A stretch of 64,000 nucleotides of DNA, taken from positions 22,112 through 86,111 of the forward strand of contig JBDHHQ010000011.1 in NCBI GenBank assembly GCA_039589315.1, read 5' to 3'. Positions 56,027-64,000 of this stretch are shown here, one piece after another. The DNA is from Gemmatimonadota bacterium (GTDB lineage: Bacteria > Gemmatimonadota > Gemmatimonadetes > Longimicrobiales > Gaopeijiaceae). The notes under the pieces are model-generated. The model was not told where the DNA came from, did not search any database, and saw only the letters and a list, made by a program, of their open reading frames with translations. The stretch's first letter is position 1. The number at the start of each line of letters is the position of its first letter. The translations under genes were made by a program, and so were the position numbers.

Positions 56027-57814
56027 ATGCGCCTCACGTGGATTCTCAGAGCCGCGCGTTGGTGGCGCGGCTTTTTCGTCGCCGGCCTCGGCGTCGCCGC
56101 CGCGTTCATCCCGTCGTCCCTTCACTCCGACGCCATCGTGGTCACGCGGGCCATGCTGGCGTCGACCATCGCCGAGATCTCCGTCGAGCCCGATTCGGTG
56201 ATCGTCGATCTGGAGATCGGCGCGGACCAGATGCCGGCGTTCCGGAACCTCATGCCCGACGAGGTCCATGAGCGTCTGGGCTTCGCACCCCGCGACTGGG
56301 CGGACCGCCTGGCGACCTTCTTCACGGAGGACCTGGTGATTCGGGAGATCGGCGAGGCTCCCCTCGTCGGGCGGCTGACGGCCCTCGAGATCCGCAACCG
56401 GATCCGAAGGGACGAGATCACGGGGGAGCCCCTCCCGGTGCCCCCGGACGAAGCCGAGCGGGTGGTCTTCGCGCGGCTCGTCTACGGCACCAGCGGACGG
56501 CCCCCGGCGCTGAGCTTCACGCCCCCCGGCGTCGAGGGTGAGGGAGAGTTGGCCGATCTAGGCTTCGTCGTCTACCACCGGAGCCTGCCCGTGAACGACT
56601 TCCGCTACCTGGGCGTGCGAGAGACTCTCGACCTGGACTGGGAGGATCCCTGGTTCTCCCGGTTCCGTAACCGGAACCTCTGGCGCCAGTACGACGCCCC
56701 CATCTCGGCCTTCCTCTACATCGAGCCGTACGAGGTGCGGAAGGAGATCGTGCTGAGACCCAGGGACCTCCAGGAGTGGGCCGATCTGGGCCTCGGGGGC
56801 ATGGACACGCTGCGGGTCGAGGACCAGGAGGACTTGAAGCAGCGGGTCGTCGAGTTCCTGGCGGAGCGGAACCCAGTGACCATCGACGGAGAGGAACGGG
56901 CCGGACAACTGGACCGGATCCACTTCATCTACCGGAACCTGCGGACCAGCGGTGTCATCGATCCGCCCCGGGACGTGGACCTGGTCTCCGCGACACTCGG
57001 TGTGATCTGGGTCTATCCGGTGGATGGACTTCCTGACGAAGTAGCCATGCGCTGGGAGCTGTTCAGTGACCGGATGCCCCGAGTACCCGCGGCGGCCACG
57101 GACGAAGCTGGGGGATTGCCCTACTACCTGAGCCCCGGCGACGACGTGCTTCGCTGGCGGAACTTCCTGACCAACCCCACGATCCCGGGCCTCGTGGAGG
57201 TCGAGCAGCCACCGAGGGGAGCCTTGCTGTGGCTCGTCCTCGGCGGCGTGGCAGCACTGGCCTTCACCTACCTTACCCTGCGGTACGGCGTCGCGGCCGT
57301 GCGCCAAGGCCCGGTGCCCACCTGGGCGGTCGCCGGCGCTGTGGTGACCTTCGGGCTGGCGGCGGTTCTGCTGCCCCGAGGGCTGGGCACGACGCGCCTG
57401 ACCGAGGACGAGACGGCCAAGGTGTTGTCGGGCATTCTGTTGAACGTGTACCGCTCCTTCGACTTCCGGGAAGAGGAGCGGATCTACGACATGCTCGCCA
57501 ACAGCGCCGCCGGAGATCTGCTCACGGACATCTACCTGGAGACACGGCGCAGCCTGGAGCTCGAGAACCAGGGCGGGGCCCGGGCCAAGGTCAAGGAGGT
57601 CGACGTGCTGGACGCCACGTACGACCGGTTTGGCGGGGGTTTCGTCTCCCGGGCCACCTGGAACGTGGCCGGATCCGTCGGGCACTGGGGTCACATCCAC
57701 CGGCGCATAAACCAGTACGTGGCGGAGTTCACGGTCGAGGAGATCGACGGCGTGTGGAAGATCACCTCGCTGGAGATCCTGGAAGAGTCCCGGCTTCCCG
57801 GGTCCACGGTCTGA
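56027..57814 (+). CDS. Hypothetical exported/membrane protein with C-terminal GHWGHIH motif
   Basis: Signal-like N-terminus, large soluble region, two TM helices, C-terminal domain WNVAGSVGHWGHIHRRINQY; typical codon usage. Confidence 0.8.
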   Translation: MRLTWILRAARWWRGFFVAGLGVAAAFIPSSLHSDAIVVTRAMLASTIAEISVEPDSVIVDLEIGADQMPAFRNLMPDEVHERLGFAPRDWADRLATFFTEDLVIREIGEAPLVGRLTALEIRNRIRRDEITGEPLPVPPDEAERVVFARLVYGTSGRPPALSFTPPGVEGEGELADLGFVVYHRSLPVNDFRYLGVRETLDLDWEDPWFSRFRNRNLWRQYDAPISAFLYIEPYEVRKEIVLRPRDLQEWADLGLGGMDTLRVEDQEDLKQRVVEFLAERNPVTIDGEERAGQLDRIHFIYRNLRTSGVIDPPRDVDLVSATLGVIWVYPVDGLPDEVAMRWELFSDRMPRVPAAATDEAGGLPYYLSPGDDVLRWRNFLTNPTIPGLVEVEQPPRGALLWLVLGGVAALAFTYLTLRYGVAAVRQGPVPTWAVAGAVVTFGLAAVLLPRGLGTTRLTEDETAKVLSGILLNVYRSFDFREEERIYDMLANSAAGDLLTDIYLETRRSLELENQGGARAKVKEVDVLDATYDRFGGGFVSRATWNVAGSVGHWGHIHRRINQYVAEFTVEEIDGVWKITSLEILEESRLPGSTV

Positions 57815-57973
57815 CGTGTCTCGCCAGCGGCCAGGGCTCCAGGGCCCCGGAGTCCACCGTCCGATCGGGCTGCGGCGGGAGGCAGGGCACACAGCCGTAG
57901 CGCGGGCCTCTCGAGCCGTCGGCCCGGTGGCGATCCCCGAGCCCACCCGGCTCACGGCAGCCGGGGCGACGCC

Positions 57974-58741
57974 GTGATCCAGGTCGAGGGCCTCGAGTTC
58001 GCCTACGGCGAAGGCGACTTCCGACTACGCGTGCCGGCGCTGAACGTCCCGGAGGGCGAGAACACCGCCTTCATCGGGCCGAGCGGATCGGGGAAGACCA
58101 CGCTGCTGAACCTGATCGCCGGGATCTCCGTGCCCGCGGCCGGCAGCATTCGGACCCATGGCGTAGAGGTCACCGGTCTCTCGGACTCGGCACGGCGGAG
58201 CTTTCGCATCTCGAACGTGGGTCTGGTGTTCCAGGAGTTCGAGCTGCTCGAGTACCTGACCGTCCAGGACAACATCCTGCTGCCCTTCAGGATCAACCCG
58301 TCGTTGCGCCTCGACCGTGAGGTTCGCGAGCGGGCGGTTGAGCTCGCGTCCCAGGTGGGCATCCAGGACAAGCTGTCGCGCAATCCCCACCGGCTCTCCC
58401 AGGGTGAGCGCCAGCGGGTGGCCGTCTGCCGGGCGCTGCTACCCCAGCCGGGGCTGCTCCTGGCCGACGAGCCCACGGGCAACCTGGACCCCCTGAACAA
58501 GGACCGGGTGCTGGACATCCTATTCCAGCAGGTCGAGGCGACCGGCACGACCCTTGTGGCGGTCACCCACGACCACGAGCTCCTGCCCCGGTTCGAGCGG
58601 GTGGTGGACTTCAAGAGCTTCGAGGCGGTCCCGTCGCCAACGGGCCAGGACGAGGACGCGCGGACCACCGGTCCGAGCGAGGCCTCGGAGAGACTTCCGT
58701 CTGGACGCGTCGCGCGGCCGGATCAGGACCGCGGGCCCTGA
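57974..58741 (+). CDS. ABC transporter ATP-binding protein (LolD/MacB-like)
   Basis: GPSGSGKT, LSQGERQRVA, LLADEPTGNLD, VTHD. Confidence 0.93.
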   Translation: MIQVEGLEFAYGEGDFRLRVPALNVPEGENTAFIGPSGSGKTTLLNLIAGISVPAAGSIRTHGVEVTGLSDSARRSFRISNVGLVFQEFELLEYLTVQDNILLPFRINPSLRLDREVRERAVELASQVGIQDKLSRNPHRLSQGERQRVAVCRALLPQPGLLLADEPTGNLDPLNKDRVLDILFQQVEATGTTLVAVTHDHELLPRFERVVDFKSFEAVPSPTGQDEDARTTGPSEASERLPSGRVARPDQDRGP

Positions 58742-59919
58742 TGCAGTCCTTCTATCTCGCCTGGCGCTATCTGGCGTATCACCGCCTGAAGACCGCGATC
58801 CTGGTGACGGCGGTCACGCTCATCGTCTACCTGCCCGTAGGCCTCCGCGTCCTCGTCGACCAGAGCTCCGAGCAGCTCACCGCCCGGGCCGACGCCACTC
58901 CTTTGCTCGTCGGAGCCCGGGGAAGCCCGCTCGAGCTGGTGCTCAACTCGCTCTACTTCGGCTCGGACGTGCCGGCGCAGACCCGGTACGCGGCGGTCGC
59001 CGAGATCCGGGAATCGGGCCTGGCCCTGCCGATCCCCTTGTACACGCGGTTCAACGCCCGCGGCTACCCCATCGTGGGGTCGTCCCTCGAGTACCTGGCG
59101 TTCCGCGAGCTTCGCGTCGAGCAGGGACGTTCGCTGGCCATGCTGGGGGAGTGCCTGGTGGGCGCCCGGGTGGCGGCGGCGTTGGGCGTGGGGCCAGGCG
59201 ATTACGTCATCTCGTCTCCCGAAAGCGTGTTCGACCTCGCCGGGGTGTACCCCCTGCGCATGCGTGTGGCAGGGGTCCTGGGGTTCAGTGACAGCCCCGA
59301 CGACGACGCCATCTTCGTGGATCTGAAGACGGCGTGGGTGATCGCCGGCCTGGGGCACGGCCACCAGGACCTGAGTCAGCCGGAGGCCGTCGGTCAGGTG
59401 TTGTCGCGGGAGGGGAACGAGGTCGTGGCCAACGCCTCGGTACAGCAGTTCAACGAGGTCACCGAGGGCAATATCGACAGCTTCCACTTCCACGGGGACC
59501 TTTCGGACTATCCGCTGACCGCCGTGGTCGTGGTGCCTCCGGACGAACGTGCCTCCGCCCTGTTGCAGGGCCGCTATCAATCGGACGAGCAAGCGGTCCA
59601 GATCGTCAGGCCCCGGGAGGTCATGGACGAGCTGCTCGGGACCATCCTCACCGTGCAGAAGTTCGTGGTTGCGGGCGCCGTGATCGTGGGAGGGGCGACC
59701 CTGGCATCCGTGATCCTGGTCTTTCTGTTGTCCCTCCGGTTGCGAGCCCGGGAACGGCAGACGCTATTCAAGATCGGCGGATCCCGTGCCTCGGTCGGGC
59801 TGATCATGGGTTCCGAGATCCTGGCGGTGCTGATCATCGGTGTGGTGTCGGCCGGAGTCCTGACGATGTTGACGAGCCGGTTCGCCTCCGCGGCGATCCG
59901 GGCGCTCATCGGCCTCTGA
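58741..59919 (+). CDS. ABC permease (FtsX/MacB/LolC-like, type VII)
   Basis: One N-terminal TM, large periplasmic domain with GHGHQD and FHFHGD, C-terminal TMs with LRARERQTLFKIGGSR; TGATG coupling. Confidence 0.88.
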   Translation: MQSFYLAWRYLAYHRLKTAILVTAVTLIVYLPVGLRVLVDQSSEQLTARADATPLLVGARGSPLELVLNSLYFGSDVPAQTRYAAVAEIRESGLALPIPLYTRFNARGYPIVGSSLEYLAFRELRVEQGRSLAMLGECLVGARVAAALGVGPGDYVISSPESVFDLAGVYPLRMRVAGVLGFSDSPDDDAIFVDLKTAWVIAGLGHGHQDLSQPEAVGQVLSREGNEVVANASVQQFNEVTEGNIDSFHFHGDLSDYPLTAVVVVPPDERASALLQGRYQSDEQAVQIVRPREVMDELLGTILTVQKFVVAGAVIVGGATLASVILVFLLSLRLRARERQTLFKIGGSRASVGLIMGSEILAVLIIGVVSAGVLTMLTSRFASAAIRALIGL

Positions 59920-59935
59920 GCGGGAGGAGCTCACG

Positions 59936-60883
59936 ATGCGTGTGCAGGGATGCTGGGCGGGAGTCGTCTTGTTGGGCGTCGCGTGCGGGGGAGCAGAGGA
60001 GGCGGCGCCCGGGAGCTCGGCCGCTACTGTGTCGGCGGAGGATCCGAGTGCGACGGTTCCCGTCGTCTACGTGGTCAACTACCCGCTGGCGTACATGGCC
60101 GAGCGGGTGGGGAACGGGCGGGTGCAGGTCGAGTTTCCCGCGCCCGACGACCTGGACCCGGCCATGTGGTCTCCGGGACCCGAGATCGTCACCGCCTTCC
60201 AGGCAGCTGACCTGATTCTCCTGAACGGCGCCGGCTACGCCGGCTGGGTGAGCCGGGTCAGCCTGCCGGAGGGCAAGCTGGTGGACACGTCCGCCGGCTT
60301 CGCCGATCGGTACCTCACCGTGGACGAGGCGGTGACCCACAGCCACGGACCCGAGGGCGAGCACTCCCACGAGGCGACCGCCTTCACGACGTGGCTCGAT
60401 CCGACGTTGGCGCTGGAGCAGGCCCGGGCCGTCCACGCCGCCTTGGTCGACCACTGGCCCGAGAACCGGACGGCTTTCGACGAGGGGCTCGAGGCACTGG
60501 AGGCCGACCTCACGGCCCTGGACGCGCAGCAAGCGCAGCTCACCGCGAATGCGGGGGAGCAGCCCATCATGGCCTCCCATCCGGTCTATCAGTACCTCGC
60601 GGGACGGTACGGGCTGAACCTGCGGAGCGTGCACTTCGAGCCAGGCGAGATGCCGGACGTCGCGGGGTGGCGACAGTTGGCCGACATCCTGTCCGAGCAC
60701 CCGGCCGAGTGGATGCTGTGGGAGGGAGAGCCGCAGCCGGGGGTGCGGGACCGGCTCCGGGAGATGGGGGTCGAGAGCGTCGTGTACGATCCAGCCGGCA
60801 ACAGGCCGGAAGAAGGGGACTACCTGACGGTCATGGGTGCCAACGCAGAGAACCTGCGCACGGTGTTCGGGTCGGGTACGTAG
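59936..60883 (+). CDS. ZnuA/TroA-fold metal-binding lipoprotein (atypical ligands)
   Basis: Lipobox GVAC; ADLILLNGAG, HSHGPEGEHSH loop, TWLDP, SHPVYQYLAGRYGL, DYLTVM. Confidence 0.87.
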   Translation: MRVQGCWAGVVLLGVACGGAEEAAPGSSAATVSAEDPSATVPVVYVVNYPLAYMAERVGNGRVQVEFPAPDDLDPAMWSPGPEIVTAFQAADLILLNGAGYAGWVSRVSLPEGKLVDTSAGFADRYLTVDEAVTHSHGPEGEHSHEATAFTTWLDPTLALEQARAVHAALVDHWPENRTAFDEGLEALEADLTALDAQQAQLTANAGEQPIMASHPVYQYLAGRYGLNLRSVHFEPGEMPDVAGWRQLADILSEHPAEWMLWEGEPQPGVRDRLREMGVESVVYDPAGNRPEEGDYLTVMGANAENLRTVFGSGT

Positions 60884-60899
60884 CTGAGCGAGGGTGCGC

Positions 60900-61697
60900 C
60901 TACCCGGTCATCCGCTCGCGGATCGCCGCGCGCACCTCCTCGGGCAACTCCACGTCGCCCAGCGCGTGACACACGTCGGACGCCAGGTCCAGCGTTGCGA
61001 ACGTCGATTGGCAGCGCTCGCACAGGTGCTCGGGCGGGATGGGGAACTCCACTCCCCGGTCCATGGCCTCCTGCTTGGCCCAGAGCAGGTCCAGGCAGCC
61101 CTCGCTCGGCGGACCGGCCTGATGGCTCGGTCGTTGGGGCAGGGGCCGCGTCAGCTCCTTCCTCATGAGCAGTCGGGCCCGGTGCAGGCGCGTCTTCACC
61201 GTGGCTGGCTTCACGCCGAGAACGGCCGCCACCTCGTCGATGGACACGTCTTCCATCTCCTTCAGGACCACTGGTAGGCGGAAGTCCAAAGGCAGCGTGT
61301 CGATGGCCCGGCGCACGGCGGCGATGACTTCGCTGCGCTGCGTCCATTCCAGCGGCGTATCCCCGTCGGCCGGAATGTCCACGACGGTGGTCTCGCCCGA
61401 GGGCAGGAGCTGTTCCAGCGGCTTCATGTGCCGGGGCTCCCCGGCTCGACGCCTCTCCAACCGCTGACAGGCCCGGGACGCGATCGTGTAGAGCCACGTG
61501 GACGGCTTGGACCGCCCGTCGAACCCGTCCCAGCTCTTCAAGGCCCGCACGAAGGTCTCCTGCACCAGGTCCTCGGCTCTCTCGGGGTCGGCGCACAGGC
61601 GCAAGCCCAGCCCATAGATCTGGTCTCCGTGCTTCTCGAGTAGCACGGAAATCGCCTTCTCGGCCGGCTGCTGTGTCAGCTCTGTCGTGTCGCTCAC
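60900..61697 (-). CDS. ECF sigma-70 factor with Cys/His-rich C-terminal extension
   Basis: AEDLVQETF, STWLYTIA (region 2); EVAAVLGVKPATVKTRLHRAR (region 4); tail GCLDLL...EHLCERC...DVC; start uncertain (61697-61793). Confidence 0.9.
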   Translation of the reverse strand: MSDTTELTQQPAEKAISVLLEKHGDQIYGLGLRLCADPERAEDLVQETFVRALKSWDGFDGRSKPSTWLYTIASRACQRLERRRAGEPRHMKPLEQLLPSGETTVVDIPADGDTPLEWTQRSEVIAAVRRAIDTLPLDFRLPVVLKEMEDVSIDEVAAVLGVKPATVKTRLHRARLLMRKELTRPLPQRPSHQAGPPSEGCLDLLWAKQEAMDRGVEFPIPPEHLCERCQSTFATLDLASDVCHALGDVELPEEVRAAIRERMTG

Positions 61698-61838
61698 GAT
61701 GCCGTCGGGATGGTCTCGGGACGCTCTCACGGGGGCGTAGGGACTCCGAAAGCTGGCACTCCCGTCGATGATCGGCCAGGCCTCGGGGAGCACTCCGCTC
61801 GTGTCTCCTGCGTGGCTTGCACGAGGCCCTCCGCATCA

Positions 61839-61868
61839 GGAACCTCCCTAGGCCTGCGTGGCACCAAA
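61839..61868 (+). promoter_or_regulatory. Candidate ECF promoter, copy 1
   Basis: GGAACCTC-cctaggcctg-CGTG-GCAC-CAAA, about 65 nt before ATG 61934. Confidence 0.6.
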
Positions 61869-61933
61869 GGGATGGAGTGACAGAAGCCCAGCAGCCCCAT
61901 GGATCACGGGCTTCGGGAGAAAGGCAGAATGCC

Positions 61934-62433
61934 ATGAAGCGGAAGGGACGACTTGGGGAGGGCAGCGCGATCACCCTGGCGATCGCCATCTTCGCCGCAC
62001 AGGCGTGCGGGAGCGACGAGGGCCCCACCAACGCGGTCGTGACGGATCGAGAGCTCGCCGTCGTCATGACGGCCGCCATCCAGGACGAATACCACGCCGA
62101 AGAGGTCTATCTGAAGGTCCTGAACGACTTCGGAGACGTGCTTCCGTTCCTCAATATCGTAGTGGCCGAGGTGCGCCACTGACGTCCATCGGGGGGCTGT
62201 TCGAAAACCGCGGATGGGTCGTGCCCGTCAGCGACTGGAGCGGCGACAACGTACCTGGATTCGCCACCCTGGCTCAGGCCTGCGCGGCAGGTGTCGACGC
62301 AGAGCTCGCCAACATCGCCCTCTACGACGAGCTGCTGAAGGGCGACCTCCCAGCCGACGTGCGGCGCGTGTTCGAGAACGTCCGGGCAGCGTCGCTCAAC
62401 AGCCATCTGCCGGCCTTCGAGCGGTGCCGCTAG
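61934..62433 (+). pseudogene. Ferritin-like (DUF2202-like) lipoprotein, 1-bp frameshift at ~62180
   Basis: AQAC lipobox; IQDEYHAEEVY...PFLNIVVAEVRH* continues in the -1 frame as TSIGGLF...AELANIALY...SLNSHLPAFERC. Confidence 0.8.
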
Positions 62434-62580
62434 GTGGGAAAGGAGAGATGAGGGCGAACCTCGGCTCTCGTCGCGGGAGCCGGGCGCCCCATCGGTCCCG
62501 AGGACAATCAGAGGCCGAGAACGGCGACTGATCGAAGCGAACGCGAGAGAACCGCATTGCATGCGAGAAAGAGCCCGAAG

Positions 62581-63111
62581 ATGAGAATCATGATCAGGCG
62601 GACATTCAGCTCCACGGCGCCAATCGCCGCTCTGCTGTTGGCGGCGTGTGGCGGAGAGAAAGGCCCTGACGCTGCAGGGGCCGAGGCGGCCGTCGAAGCG
62701 GCCCGCGAGGCGGCTCCGGTCTCCACCGCCGTATCCTCCGGGGCCGTCGGGGGCGGAGAGGCCGAGCTGCTCGTCCGGGGTGAGACCCTCTTCAACCAGG
62801 TCTGCACGGCGTGCCACACGCTGCAGCCGCCCCCCAATCTGGCTCCACCCATGATGGGGATCTCCGGACACTACCACGACCAGTTCGCCGAGCGCGACGA
62901 GGCCGTGGCTTGGATGGTGGCCTACATCCAGAGCCCGGATCCCGCCAACTCGAAGCTGAGCGAGGAGGCGTTCGAACGCTTCGGCACGATGGCGCCCCTG
63001 CCGCTGCCGGAGGAGGACCTGCGGGCGGTCATGACCTGGGTCTGGGAGATGTACGATCCCGAGCAGGACCCCCGGCCGGCCTGGGAGCGGTCGAGCGATG
63101 GGGGGCCGTAA
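62581..63111 (+). CDS. Monohaem cytochrome c lipoprotein
   Basis: LAAC lipobox, CTACH, APPM, FGTMAPL (distal Met candidate); start 62581 or 62590. Confidence 0.87.
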   Translation: MRIMIRRTFSSTAPIAALLLAACGGEKGPDAAGAEAAVEAAREAAPVSTAVSSGAVGGGEAELLVRGETLFNQVCTACHTLQPPPNLAPPMMGISGHYHDQFAERDEAVAWMVAYIQSPDPANSKLSEEAFERFGTMAPLPLPEEDLRAVMTWVWEMYDPEQDPRPAWERSSDGGP

Positions 63112-63733
63112 GCGGTCGCCACGGCTCCGGATCGGCCTGTTCCTGGGTCTGGGAGCGTTCCTGGCGGCGACACCGGGCTGCCGCGTCGACAGAGGAGTCG
63201 GGGAGCGCCTGTCGGAGGAGGAGCGCGCTCGTGCAGTGGCCGTCGGGAGGCCTGCCGCGGCGGCCCTGGCAACCGGCCTCGTTACGGAGCTGACGCGGGC
63301 GCTGGAGGAGCAGGGTCCCGAAAGAGCCGTGGAGGTCTGCTCAACGGAGGCTCTCCGACTCACCGAACAGATTGCCCACGACCTGAGCCCGGGGATGGAG
63401 CTCAAGCGGGTGTCGTTCCGGAACCGCAATCCGCAGAACGCTCCCGACGCTCTCGAGGCCGCTGCGCTCCGGTATTTCCAGGAGCTGTCGGAGCAGGGTG
63501 ACTCCCTCCCCCAGGAGTGGGTGCAGGCGGACGGAGTGGGCGGATCCCGGTACTACAAGCCGCTGTTCGTGGCCGACTTCTGCGTCCAGTGCCACGGCAG
63601 CCCCGAGCAGATCTCTCCCGCGGTTCAGGAGATCTTGGCCGAGCGGTACCCGGACGACGAGGCCTTGGGCTACGCCGAAGGCGATTTCCGGGGACTGATC
63701 CGGGTGTCCGTGCCGGCGGAGGTGGCGCGCTGA
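63098..63733 (+). CDS. DUF3365 (Tll0287-like) c-type haem lipoprotein
   Basis: PGC lipobox, AVEVC, KRVSFRNRNPQNAPD, RYYKPL, CVQCHG, YPDDEALGYAEGDFRG. Confidence 0.9.
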   Translation: MGGRKRSPRLRIGLFLGLGAFLAATPGCRVDRGVGERLSEEERARAVAVGRPAAAALATGLVTELTRALEEQGPERAVEVCSTEALRLTEQIAHDLSPGMELKRVSFRNRNPQNAPDALEAAALRYFQELSEQGDSLPQEWVQADGVGGSRYYKPLFVADFCVQCHGSPEQISPAVQEILAERYPDDEALGYAEGDFRGLIRVSVPAEVAR

Positions 63734-63911
63734 CGAGCTCGGCCCCGAAAGGGCGTCCGGCGGTCGTGGCGCCTGTCGGCTGCGGGCCGCCAGCGGGCGG
63801 CGCACCAGTCGTCCGATCGTCAACGCCCTGTGTGGACCGCTATCACACGCCACGAGAAACGGTCGGCCGGCACGGCCAGGGCCCGGCCACGGGGGCCTCT
63901 GCAAGTCCGCG

Positions 63912-63941
63912 GGAACCTCGGCGCCCACCCGTGTCACTCAA
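63912..63941 (+). promoter_or_regulatory. Candidate ECF promoter, copy 2 (for the gene starting just beyond the window)
   Basis: GGAACCTC-ggcgcccacc-CGTG-TCAC-TCAA, followed by an AGGAGG RBS at the window end. Confidence 0.6.
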
Positions 63942-64000
63942 CATCCAGCGGCAGGACTCGTACGCGGCAGTCCCGTGCAGTGAACCACCCAGGAGGACAC

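Noticed and set aside
62180..62182. In-frame TGA in the ferritin-like gene as possible selenocysteine/readthrough
   Set aside because: The homologous continuation is in a different frame, so it is a frameshift, not recoding.
62455..62485. Third ECF-motif copy (CGAACCTC) before the cytochrome c gene
   Set aside because: Lacks the CGTG-KCAC downstream element at the conserved spacing.

Overview
High-GC (roughly 70% by eye) bacterial chromosomal segment. The gene mix suggests Gemmatimonadota or a similar lineage (inference): a SusC/SusD pair outside Bacteroidota, a PadR plus duplicated orphan permease, and tandem membrane Ser/Thr kinases. About 44 genes are supported; most other ORFs in the track are GC-driven shadow frames. 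No rRNA, intact tRNA, CRISPR array or transposase was found. Main items of interest: (1) an ECF sigma factor with a fused Cys/His-rich tail, divergent from a ferritin-like / cytochrome c / DUF3365-haem cluster, with a conserved promoter-like motif GGAACCTC-N10-CGTG-KCAC-YMAA present twice in front of genes; (2) a LolD/MacB-type ABC system with a His-motif membrane protein and a ZnuA-fold lipoprotein lacking two canonical His ligands; (3) a 2-oxoacid oxidoreductase whose gamma subunit is fused to a GltD-like FAD/NADP module and a delta-type ferredoxin; (4) a DtxR/MntR-FeoA-FeoA regulator with an N-terminal membrane helix, plus feoB and a tandem operator. Three genes carry single-base frameshifts that may be assembly errors.
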